Shown here one piece after another: positions 1 to 7,909 of a stretch of 48,658 nucleotides of DNA. The position numbers and the translations under genes were made by a program. This DNA comes from an uncultured Acetobacteraceae bacterium. GTDB taxonomy: Bacteria; Pseudomonadota; Alphaproteobacteria; Acetobacterales; Acetobacteraceae. Position 1 is the stretch's first letter. The number at the start of each line of letters is the position of its first letter. The DNA lies in NCBI GenBank assembly GCA_964235545.1, contig CAXSEG010000002.1, positions 1-48,658 of the forward strand, written 5' to 3'. The notes beneath the pieces were generated by a model. It did not search any database, had not been told where the DNA came from, and saw only the letters and a list, made by a program, of their open reading frames with translations.

Positions 1-309
1 CGTGCTCAAGGCGTTGCTGCTGCCGATGTTGCCACCCACTGCGCCGCCGTCAGAACCTCCCGAACCGGTGCCGCCCCCCGCGCCGGCGCCGCCCGGAAAT
101 GGGTTCGGTGTCCCCGGGTTGATCGCAATCAAGGGCACGCCCGGTTCGGGCGCCGTCGGTATCACCTGAACAGGCGGCCCATTCAGTGTCGCCGCCTGCT
201 GGCCGGCTGCCGGTGCGGCAAACTCCACCACCAGGGCCGCGGCGCAGATGGCGACGACGATCGGCCCCTTGACGGCGAGCTGTCGCCGGCCGGCTGGTGT
301 CAGCCTCAT
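1..309 (-). CDS. Exported Pro/Gly-rich protein, N-terminal part (runs off the window edge)
   Basis: Not in the ORF track. Reading by hand from ATG 309 gives MRLTPAGRRQLAVKGPIVVAICAAALVVEFAAPAAGQQ..., a signal-peptide-like start followed by a Pro/Gly linker, open to base 1. Confidence 0.6.
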   Translation of the reverse strand, partial: MRLTPAGRRQLAVKGPIVVAICAAALVVEFAAPAAGQQAATLNGPPVQVIPTAPEPGVPLIAINPGTPNPFPGGAGAGGGTGSGGSDGGAVGGNIGSSNALST

Positions 310-413
310 CGAGGACGCGTGCAAATGGGACACGGGGGTGGAACCCCCTCGGACGCAGAAGGCGATATTGCCGCTGCCTTCTGCGAACGGAACTGTCGAT
401 GACGCTGTCTTCA

Positions 414-1094
414 TCATGGCGCCGGCGCGACAAGCCGCGTGACGTCGCAGTATATGTGGCTTCCCGCCTGATAGGGGTGCGCCAGGCATTGCGGCACCAG
501 GCTGGTGGCATCCGCATCCTGCCACGACCGCAGTGCGTAGCCGCCCAGGAATAGGCCAAGCGTGACAGCCCCGACCGCGGCATAGCGGCGGCGCTGGATG
601 TCGGCATTCAGCCGCTTCTCCCGGAGCACCAGTACGCCCTGCATCCGCTCGATGAACATGGGCAGGGTCTTGTCGATCATGCGGATGACGACATTCTCCT
701 GCTCCACCACGTAGGAGATTTGTGCGCTGCGCGCCTGGCTCAGCGCGGTGTTGGCCGCCTTGGTGATCTCTCTGGCCCGGGCCAACTCGTCTTTGGCGGC
801 CTCCCTCTGTTGATCAAACAGCCGCGCGAACTCCGCCCGGGATCCGTCCATCACGCGGCCGATGCCGGCGATTGCTGCCATGAGGGCCGACACGAACCGG
901 CCCTCCGGCAGGTCGCCGCGGATATCCCACGCGCGGGCAGCCTCTTCGACCCCGGACACGACCGGCGCAAGCTCCTCGCTCGGATTGCTCGGAACAGGAG
1001 CCGCCGGTCGCGTCGGTTCCCGCTCGCCCGCAGGTGCTGTCATTTCCTGCGGGTCGCGAGCCTGGGTCTCGCGTTCTACGGCAAGGTCTGTCAT
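414..1094 (-). CDS. Coiled-coil protein with C-terminal membrane anchor (StbC-like position)
   Basis: 226-aa ORF with a helical core and hydrophobic segment YAAVGAVTLGLFLGGYAL. It is the third gene of the leftward trio. Confidence 0.7.
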   Translation of the reverse strand: MTDLAVERETQARDPQEMTAPAGEREPTRPAAPVPSNPSEELAPVVSGVEEAARAWDIRGDLPEGRFVSALMAAIAGIGRVMDGSRAEFARLFDQQREAAKDELARAREITKAANTALSQARSAQISYVVEQENVVIRMIDKTLPMFIERMQGVLVLREKRLNADIQRRRYAAVGAVTLGLFLGGYALRSWQDADATSLVPQCLAHPYQAGSHIYCDVTRLVAPAP

Positions 1095-1185
1095 GGCAGG
1101 ACCTCGGCCGACGGCCTAGCGGGCCTGACATGCCAGGCTTCCTGTAGCTCCAGGCGGCTCCGCCGCTGATGGACGCGACGCTTCC

Positions 1186-2007
1186 TCATGGCTTGCTCGC
1201 CGCCATCGCCGACGCCGCTGCCAGGCTGGACGTGTGCGTGGGCAACCACTGAGGCGGAAACTGGCCGAAGAACGCCGGCATCTTCTTGGTCCACCACTCC
1301 CGCACCCGCACCGGATCGAACAGGGACATCGGCGCCTGGCCCGGTTTGACCTCTCCCATTGCTGCCTTTGCGAAGGTGATGCCCCGATCCGTCACTTCCG
1401 ACATGCAGGACAAGGCCGGCATCTCGACGATCTGCGCGCCGCGTGCAATCGCCGCCTTGACCACCGGACTGCCCGTCACGGAAGCGAAGGCACCCCGCGC
1501 CGATCGACCCGACAACACCAAGCCCTCATTGAGAACGATCGCGGTGGCCTTGGGCAGGAACGACCCACTCTCAGCGAACTGGTCGAGGTAATCGAGATCG
1601 GCTTGCTCCGGACCGACGATGAACAGGCCGATCACGTCGGTGCCGCGGCTTTCCAATGCCTCCAGGACCGGCACTTCCTGGACCAAGGACGAGAACCCCG
1701 TCCAGCCGCCACCCGCGTCGAGCACCGCATGGTAGCGGCGTTGACCCTGGTCGGCCAACTTCTCCTCGATCCAGCGTCGACCATCGATCAGCCCGCCCTC
1801 CGGCGGGACCGACGCTTCGGGGAAGAACGTGGAAAGGCTGTGCGTCCGGTTCTGCTGATCGGCATTCCAGGCCTCCATTGGCGAGCCAAGGGAGCGGAAG
1901 TACTGGACTGTCGCGTTCAACAGCGCGGTTTTGCCAACCCGCTGGCGACCGAGCGCGACCCAGAGCAGCGATCTCGACGGGACCGCGGGCACGTAATCAT
2001 CAGGCAT
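1186..2007 (-). CDS. ParA/MinD-like P-loop ATPase (StbB/MobD-like)
   Basis: Deviant Walker A LGRQRVGKT, NADQQN, Walker B-like AVLDAGG and IVLNEG; 273 aa. Confidence 0.75.
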   Translation of the reverse strand: MPDDYVPAVPSRSLLWVALGRQRVGKTALLNATVQYFRSLGSPMEAWNADQQNRTHSLSTFFPEASVPPEGGLIDGRRWIEEKLADQGQRRYHAVLDAGGGWTGFSSLVQEVPVLEALESRGTDVIGLFIVGPEQADLDYLDQFAESGSFLPKATAIVLNEGLVLSGRSARGAFASVTGSPVVKAAIARGAQIVEMPALSCMSEVTDRGITFAKAAMGEVKPGQAPMSLFDPVRVREWWTKKMPAFFGQFPPQWLPTHTSSLAAASAMAASKP

Positions 2008-2072
2008 GTTCGATGTTCCCCTTGCAGACCGGACGCGAGCGTGAGGCGGCCATTTGCGAATGGGGCACGATG

Positions 2073-2564
2073 TCAGCCACCAAACCGAAATTTGTCGCGG
2101 TCGCGCTGGCCGAGGCGGTCGAGCGCACGGTCGATTACCGCTTGCGTCTCTTCAGGGGTCAACTCGACACCGTTTCTCTTCTCGGGCGAAAGGACAGGAT
2201 CGGGGACGGCCGGTGCTGCAGGCCTGATCGGCGGGGGAGGGATCACCTCTTGCGGTCGCCACTCCGGCGACATGCGGCAGGGCGGCTTGCTCTTTGCCGT
2301 CTTGGTCGCCGCCTCCACCTCGACATCCCGGCACACGCGAGCCCAGACACCCGAGATGCTTTTCAGGGTAGGGCGGTCATCGTCCGGACCGGCGCCTGCG
2401 TGATCGACCATCTCGGCTATGATATCCGCCCAAGGCCGCTCGCCGTCGCGCAGCTCTGCTATCCTTGCATGATGCGCGCGTAACCATGCGTAAGTCTTGC
2501 CCCGGCCGGAGTAGGGGCGTAGCCGCTTTTTCGGGATCAGTCTGAGTCGCTGGTCGTCTGTCAT
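2073..2564 (-). CDS. Putative DNA-binding protein (StbA/TraK-like)
   Basis: Basic N-terminus with a YAWLRAHH...PWADIIAEM helical motif and a Pro-rich C-terminal half. First gene of the operon, ahead of the ParA-like ATPase. Start taken at ATG 2564 rather than the ORF-track TTG 2702. Confidence 0.6.
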   Translation of the reverse strand: MTDDQRLRLIPKKRLRPYSGRGKTYAWLRAHHARIAELRDGERPWADIIAEMVDHAGAGPDDDRPTLKSISGVWARVCRDVEVEAATKTAKSKPPCRMSPEWRPQEVIPPPPIRPAAPAVPDPVLSPEKRNGVELTPEETQAVIDRALDRLGQRDRDKFRFGG

Positions 2565-2690
2565 GGTGCAAGTCTGACGACCCATCTTGCGAACGGGCTG
2601 ACCCGGCTGACGCCGGTATGTCCAGCCGTTCCTCATCCACTCCTCAGGCCGTCGCCATGGAGTCCGCGCCGAGTCCCGATCAAGGGTGAG

Positions 2691-2716
2691 CATATGGACC
2701 AATGCACCGATGGTGC
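2691..2716 (-). other. Candidate oriT nick region (MOBF type)
   Basis: The minus strand reads GCACC-ATC-GGTGC-ATTGGTCC^ATATG: hairpin, 8 nt, then ATA. This matches the layout of R388 nic CGCACC-GAAA-GGTGCG-TATTGTCT^ATAGC as remembered. It lies upstream of the stbA-like gene. Confidence 0.5.
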
Positions 2717-2883
2717 TCTTTGGGGCGATGCCGATCGCACGCGTTAATCTACGACGGCAGCGTCGGCGCTATCAACGAGCCGGGCGCGCGCAGTGGCCGG
2801 CTCGAAGGCGGGGCTGGAACGGCCGGCAGTGGCGAGCGAGTTGGTGCGCAGCCCGCCTCGTGCCGACAACATGGCGACCAAGC

Positions 2884-3317
2884 CGGGTGGTGGTGCCTGG
2901 CATCGTGCTGGTGCGGTAGAGCCTGGGTCGGCCATGGGCGTGATGTTCATCACGGTCGAGGGCGAGACCGGGGTGGCGAACCTAGTGCTGTGGGCGGACC
3001 GCTTCGAGGCGCAGCGGCGGCTGGTGCTGTCGGCGGGGATGGTCGCCTGCCACGGCCGGGTGCAGCGGGAAGGCGACGTGATCCATGTCGTCACCGATCG
3101 CCTGGAGGACCTGTCCGATATGCTGCGCAGCGTCGGCGAGCGGAACGAGGCGTTCCCGATAACGCATGGCCGTGGCGACGGAGCGACGTACCCGGCCGGG
3201 TACGATCCGCGGTCCGGCCCGGGCGCCGGCCCAGGAGGGCGGCCGATGCGCGACATCTACGTGTCGGACCTGCGGCTCGGGTCGGGCATCAAGGTGCCGA
3301 CTAGGGACTTTAGATAG
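2884..3317 (+). pseudogene. dnaE2: dnaE2 3' fragment (OB-fold and TRDFR tail), inverted duplicate of the 3' end of the intact dnaE2
   Basis: [11 protein letters not shown] followed by a frameshift, then GVMFITVE...KVPTRDFR. There are 13 differences in 126 aa versus the C-terminus encoded at about 10790-11170. Confidence 0.9.
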
Positions 3318-3453
3318 GGAGGCTGGGATCATCCCCGTGGTGACCCGAGCGGCAGCACATCATACTGCTCTCCCGCGCTCTTGTCGGACGCCCACATAGC
3401 TGCCGGGGCGGAGCACGAGTTGGTGGGATCGGAATGGCCGGAGCTGGTGGAAA

Positions 3454-3643
3454 CCCGAGGGCGTACAGGCAATCCGTCCCGGCCTCGGCAAACGCGATCA
3501 GGCGCCGGATCGTGTGGTCCAGGTCGATCCGCCCGTGCACGAAGTTCCCCGCGCGTGCCGCCAGCACGAACGGTGCGGCGCGGCGCGGCGCAGGCGGCGA
3601 TCACGGCGGTACGGATACGTTCGGCCTTGTCGGCTTGGGTCAT
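3454..3643 (-). pseudogene. Isocitrate lyase/PEP mutase family remnant
   Basis: MTQADKAER is joined to IRTAV..., then a frameshift leads to PFVLAARAGNFVHGRIDLDHTIRRLIAFAEAGTDCLYALG, the family's AR-E...AGAD-LYAPG region. Confidence 0.7.
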
Positions 3644-3663
3644 GGATCAGGCTCCTTCGGGGA

Positions 3664-4635
3664 TCAGTCTGGCTGAACGGCGGGGGTGGTCGCTTCGGTG
3701 CCGGCCGAAGCGTCACCGCGCGATGGTCGCAGCCACGCCTGGGCCCGGCCGTCGATCACCACCAAGCCCAGCCCGATCAGCGCCATGCCACCGGCCTGCG
3801 CCGTGGACAGCCGCTCGCCCAGGAACAGGATGCCGAGCAGCACCGCGCTAACCGGGATCAGCAGCGTGACAAGGGACGTGTTGGTGGCGCCCGCGCTCGC
3901 CAGCAGGCGGAAGAAGATGATGTAGGCCAGCGCCGTCGACAGCAGCGCCAGCCCCGCCAGCGCGGCCCACACCGCCGGGCCGGGCACCGCCAGCTGCCAG
4001 GGCGCGTCGGCTAGTAGGGCCACCGGCAGCATCATCACGGACGTCGCCGTCACCTGGCCGAACGCGCCCACCACCGGCTCGATCCCCATGCGCCGGAAGC
4101 GGCGGCCGAACACGTTGGCGAAGCCGTAGGACAGCGCGGCGCCCAGGCATGCCAGGATCGGCAGCACCGCCTTGGATGCGCCTGCCAGCACCTCCGCCCC
4201 CACCAGCACCGCCACGCCGGCCAGACCGACCGCGATGCCCGCGACCTTGGCCGCGGACAGCCGGTCGTCCGCCGTCAGGACGTGGGCGACCAGCAGCGAG
4301 AACACCGGCGTGGTCGCGTTCAGGATAGAGGCGAGGCCGCCGGACAGCACTGTCTCGCCCCAGAAGATCAGCGCGAACGGCACCAGGTTGTTCAGTACGC
4401 CCATGCCGGCGAACGCCCGCCACAGCGCGGCCGACCGGGGCAGGGGCGTGCCGCGCAGCCGCAGCACCAGGCCCAGCGCCGCGGCAGCCAAGGCGACGCG
4501 CACCAGCACCACGGTCAAAGGTGGCAGTACCGCGACGGTGATCTTGGCGAAGAAGAACGACCCACCCCACAGCAGCGACAGCAGCGCCAGCAAGCTCCAC
4601 GCGGTCGGCGACATACGGTGCGGGGTGGTGTTCAT
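3664..4635 (-). CDS. DMT/EamA family transporter
   Basis: LWGGSFFF, about 10 hydrophobic segments, ASILNATTP and FLGERL motifs. Start at ATG 4635. Confidence 0.92.
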   Translation of the reverse strand: MNTTPHRMSPTAWSLLALLSLLWGGSFFFAKITVAVLPPLTVVLVRVALAAAALGLVLRLRGTPLPRSAALWRAFAGMGVLNNLVPFALIFWGETVLSGGLASILNATTPVFSLLVAHVLTADDRLSAAKVAGIAVGLAGVAVLVGAEVLAGASKAVLPILACLGAALSYGFANVFGRRFRRMGIEPVVGAFGQVTATSVMMLPVALLADAPWQLAVPGPAVWAALAGLALLSTALAYIIFFRLLASAGATNTSLVTLLIPVSAVLLGILFLGERLSTAQAGGMALIGLGLVVIDGRAQAWLRPSRGDASAGTEATTPAVQPD

Positions 4636-4744
4636 GCGGGCTCCGGGATCGTGCCACCGGGTTGGAGCAGGAAACGGGATGCGCCACTCGCCGGGAACGG
4701 ACCTCATCGTCCCTTGCGGCACGGGGCCGTGTAGGATGCGTGAC

Positions 4745-5368
4745 ATGACGGATGACGACGACCTGGTGTGGGAGGCGGCGTGGCTGCGGCACGACCCGGC
4801 GTTCGACGGCCGGTTCTTTATCGCGGTGCGCACCACCGGCATCTACTGCCGCTGCGTCTGCCCCGTCCGGCTGCCGTTCCGTCGCAACGTGTCGTTCCTG
4901 CCCAGCGCCGCCGCGGCGGAGGATGCCGGCTACCGCCCTTGCCTGCGCTGCCGCCCGGAGACGGCGCCGTTCTGCCCGGCGTGGAACGGCACGCGCAGCA
5001 CGGTGCAGCGCGCAGCCCGGCTGATCATCGAGGACGGGGCATTGGACGGGGAAGGCGCCACGGTGGAGGCACTGGCCGGACGGCTCGGCATCACCGCCCG
5101 GCACCTCAGCCGCCTGTTCCTCCGGCACTGGGGCGCGACCCCGTCCGCGGTGGCGCGCACGGCGCGGGTGCAACGGGCCAAGCGGCTGCTGAGCGAGACC
5201 GACCTGCCTATGACCGCGGTCGCGCTGCAGGCCGGGTTCGGCAGCCTGCGGCGGTTCAACGCAGTGTTCGCAGAGGTCTATAGGCGGCCGCCGGGTGCCA
5301 TCAGGCGAAGGTCCGTGACCGCCGCGAGGGCGCTCCGGCCAGCGTTGGCCGCACACGCCGGAGCGTAG
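4745..5368 (+). CDS. Ada-type Zn-binding domain plus AraC HTH regulator (AdaA-like)
   Basis: DGRFFIAVRTTGIYCRCVCP...GYRPCLRCRPE followed by an AraC tail ending GFGSLRRFNAVF. No AlkA or methyltransferase C-terminal domain. Confidence 0.88.
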   Translation: MTDDDDLVWEAAWLRHDPAFDGRFFIAVRTTGIYCRCVCPVRLPFRRNVSFLPSAAAAEDAGYRPCLRCRPETAPFCPAWNGTRSTVQRAARLIIEDGALDGEGATVEALAGRLGITARHLSRLFLRHWGATPSAVARTARVQRAKRLLSETDLPMTAVALQAGFGSLRRFNAVFAEVYRRPPGAIRRRSVTAARALRPALAAHAGA

Positions 5369-5648
5369 TCAACGCCCGCCTGCCTTGCAGGTGTGGAGCG
5401 CGAACCCGGTTTCGCCAGCCCCGCCCAGTCCGGAGTTGCAGGGTGGAGATGGCGTAATTGCCCGCGTTTGGCTGCCGTTCGGTCCCGCCACCCACTTCTG
5501 CTTTCGACACATAGCAATCCTACGTTGCTGCGACCGTCATAGTCTGGTCGGCGGCCCAAGGCCTACGTAGGGTCTCGGTGGCAGCTCCGCCTTCGGGACC
5601 TCAAGCTCGGGGGTAGCTACCCACGGTCCGCTTACCCACCTTCCATGC

Positions 5649-5954
5649 ATGCCCCGTTCCCCCGCTGCCGACCTGGCCCCTCTCGTCAAGCTCCTGCAAG
5701 CGGGCGTCCCGCCAGACCGCGCCGCCACCGAACTCTCCCGCGTCCTGGCGATCTGGACGGCCGACCTCAAGGACGACGACGAGCAGCTGCAGGAGCGGCT
5801 GTCCGGTTTGGCCGAGCAGATGGCTACGGGGATCGAGGAAATGCACGAGGGCATCGCCGAGGCGAGCGACAAAGGGAAGCCCACGCTGCGGCGGATCCTG
5901 GCGACGCACGAGGCGGTGCTGAACGGGGTGCGCAAGGCGCAGGCCGCCGGGTAG
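5649..5954 (+). CDS. Hypothetical helical protein
   Basis: 101-aa ORF with GC3-rich codons and amphipathic helices. Confidence 0.6.
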   Translation: MPRSPAADLAPLVKLLQAGVPPDRAATELSRVLAIWTADLKDDDEQLQERLSGLAEQMATGIEEMHEGIAEASDKGKPTLRRILATHEAVLNGVRKAQAAG

Positions 5955-6041
5955 GCATTCAACCTGCCATGGAGGCTACCATAGCACGCGACATTCCGAA
6001 CCTTCGCTTCTGGGACAATCATGCAGTGGTAGATTGCCGCC

Positions 6042-6571
6042 ATGAGTGAAGGTGGCAGCAAGGTGCCCACGCAGGTTCGGCGCCTCTCCGCATCGGACGC
6101 CGCCGACTACCGCGATCTGCGTCTCTGCGGCCTTCAGTCGCACCCTGAGGCGTTCGGCGTCACCTGGGAGGAGGAGTCCGCTCAACCACTGGCTTGGTTT
6201 GCAGAAAGGCTGGACCGAACGTTGTCTTCGGCAGTGGGCCGATGGCTGTCTCGGCCCTAAGGGGAATCGTGGGCCTCCATATACCGGACAGCGCGAAGCA
6301 GCGGCACAAGGGGGTGATCTGGGGCATGTTCGTTCAGCCGGAGTCCAGGGGAACTGGACTTGGCTCATCACTGCTCGTGGAAGTGCTGGACCACGCCAAG
6401 CGGACCGTCGAGGAAGTCTGCCTCACAGTGGTTGCCACCAACACCGCAGCGATCCGTCTCTACGAACGCGCCGGCTTCGAGCGGTATGGCCTGGAACGGC
6501 GGGCGCTGAAGGTTGGCGTCGATTACCATGACGAAGTGCTGATGGCCCTGTCCCTGCAACGTCCTGGTTAG
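6042..6571 (+). pseudogene. GNAT acetyltransferase, frameshifted near 6215
   Basis: The N-part YRDLRLCGLQSHPEAF is in one frame and HKGVIWGMFVQPESRGTGLG...NTAAIRLYERAGF is in another. Confidence 0.85.
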
Positions 6572-6633
6572 GGCCGACTAGTGGCTCTAGCTCCGGCCGA
6601 AGGCCAGCGCCGGCCCGGCACGAAGCAGGGCTT

Positions 6634-7444
6634 TCACACGCGGAGGCGGGCTTCGACGATCCATGTCGCCGCTTGGAGCGCGACATTGCCACGCTCCTCG
6701 CGATTTCCAAGGGCGGCCCGGAGTCTGGGTTCCGCCTCCGCCCTCAGACCGGGGTTCTCCCGCAGAATACGACCGAGCGGTCCCACCCGGAGTAGCACTG
6801 TGGCCATGGCGTCGAGGTTGCCGCTGGAGACCGCCTCGTCGCCGGCCTGGACCACGATGCCGTCGAAGCCTGCCGCCGAAAGCATCGCGTGCAGGGACTC
6901 GGCGTGGGCGAGGCTGAACGGCGTCGGGTCGGCCATCGTCTCAAGGCCCGTTGCGTGAAGGGGCATGAGGTCGAGTTCGTTGGCGTCCAGCGCGCGCCAG
7001 CACACGAAAGCCAGTTTCCCCGACGGCTTGAGGATGCGCCGGAAATTACCGAACGCCCCTGCGAATCGGCGAATGCCATGACCCCGAACCGCGAGTAGAT
7101 GCCATCCGCGCTCCCGTCCGGAAGGTCCAGGCGTTGGGCGTCGGCCTGGACGAAGCTTACCTGGATAGGGCGGCGGATCGCTGCCTGGCCACGTCCAGGA
7201 GAGGCGCGGCGACATCGACCCCGACGACGCGCCCGGTTGCACCCACACGCTCGGCCAATTGCAGCGTGGACTGTCCCGCACCGCAACCGATGTCCACCAC
7301 CGTATCGCCCGGCGCCGGGGCCAAGGTATCGAGCGCGCGCATTCCCAGCGGCGACAGTTGCCGGTCCAGAAGCTCGAACACCTCAACCCATGCCTGAGCG
7401 GCGAGGGCTGCCTTCTCGAATGCACCCAGCGAAGGTCCGGTCAC
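6634..7444 (-). pseudogene. Class I SAM-dependent methyltransferase with two frameshifts (near 7165 and 7065)
   Basis: VVDIGCGAG, ADAQ...SRFGVMAFAD and RRILKPSGKLAFVCW lie in three successive reading frames. Confidence 0.85.
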
Positions 7445-7712
7445 AATGGATCATGGCAGATCGGCACGTGTCGCACACCGGCAATGTCCATGGTCAAACT
7501 CGGGTAGCGGCTGGTTGGCCGTTATCGACCCATCCCGGACGGTCACGGCCCGATCGGTAAGCCTCGGAAGCAGACGTTCGGCCCGACGATCTATCGGCAG
7601 CTACGCGCCGCATCTTGGACATTTAAGTTCTCTAACTGGCTTCCTGGAAGCGGACACCGGCGACAGCTAGACCTGGGACCTTGGACGCCGCAAAATAACG
7701 CTCGTCAGAAGG

Positions 7713-7865
7713 ATGGATATGTGCCCGAAACGGCGAAGCATCGTAGCAGCCTACCTCCGCCGCATGGGAGAAAGCCAAGCCACCGGAGGTGCCACGACCG
7801 AGACTTCGTTCTACGGCGCGCTGGAAACGCATCCGAATGCCGTCGGTAGTAGCCTAAGCGCTGCC
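7713..7865 (+). pseudogene. N-terminal remnant of a type IIG/ISP-like restriction-modification enzyme
   Basis: VAAYLRRM...GGATTETSFYGALE...NAVG resembles the remembered N-terminus of such enzymes. Similarity ends just before the next gene. Confidence 0.5.
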
Positions 7866-7909
7866 GTTTGGACAGGCCGACAGAAAGCCACTTGGGAGAA
7901 CAGCAGTCG

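Noticed and set aside
2008-2018. GTTC-GAT-GTTC as a second LexA box
   Set aside because: The spacer is 3 nt, not 7.
2565-2702. N-terminal extension of the StbA-like ORF from TTG 2702
   Set aside because: The translation is not protein-like, and the region holds the repeats and candidate nick site, so it is better read as non-coding.
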